A stretch of 36,171 bases of DNA. Origin: Octopus bimaculoides (taxonomy: Eukaryota). Below the pieces are notes generated by a model that was given only the letters and a program-made list of their open reading frames with translations, did no database searches and was not told the origin of the DNA. Of this stretch, positions 35,811-36,171 are shown piece by piece. The stretch's first letter is position 1; the number at the start of each line of letters is the position of its first letter. The position numbers and the translations under genes are program-made. The DNA lies in assembly GCF_001194135.2 (NCBI RefSeq), contig NC_068991.1:51788333-51824503 (forward strand), given 5' to 3'.

Positions 35811-36171
35811 TGAATTTTGAGTAACATTTAACTTAGTGTAATTTTATTTTACTTTAAGGTATGAACGACTTAAGTTTACTTTTAACTTCTACCGTCTTCT
35901 AAACGCGTACTAAATAAACTAACTCGCTTTGTAATCATGAGTGCGCTCAACCTCGCGTGTGTGCATGCTCACATTTTTGCTAATGCTTGTATGAGCGTGT
36001 GTACTCGTGCCATGCAGCTTGCCCGAGGGCGTTTGTACATCCATATCTGTTAACGGTTATTTTCAATACTTTTCTCGCTGGATTAAGTGTTTGTTTCTCT
36101 TTTTGGATCTTCGAAATACATATTTTTTATTTATTTATTTATCACCCAACGAGATACGTCTGCAACACCGG

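Overview
AT-rich, gapped animal genomic DNA (13 N-gaps, roughly 5.7 kb by my count), dominated by microsatellites and decayed transposons. The SINE families suggest an octopus; this comes from recall, not a database check. The only host coding sequence I recognise is the first coding exon of an acylphosphatase gene (minus strand, 16813-16762), with a CpG/CCAAT promoter behind it; its remaining exons were not found. A second promoter-like cluster (paired E-boxes, CCAAT, E2F site) lies at about 100-205. Mobile DNA includes three tRNA-derived SINE families, CR1/L2-like and RTE LINE fragments, a decayed Tc1/mariner transposase and five Penelope-like element (PLE) remnants. The most notable hidden signal is a set of type I hammerhead ribozyme motifs with palindromic stem III, the form known from PLEs. 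One has a complete core (33433-33496, minus), one sits in an arm of a ~600 bp inverted-repeat structure (32657-32740), and three more are decayed. Most supplied ORFs are artefacts of microsatellites and N-runs. No CRISPR array, rRNA or true tRNA gene was seen.
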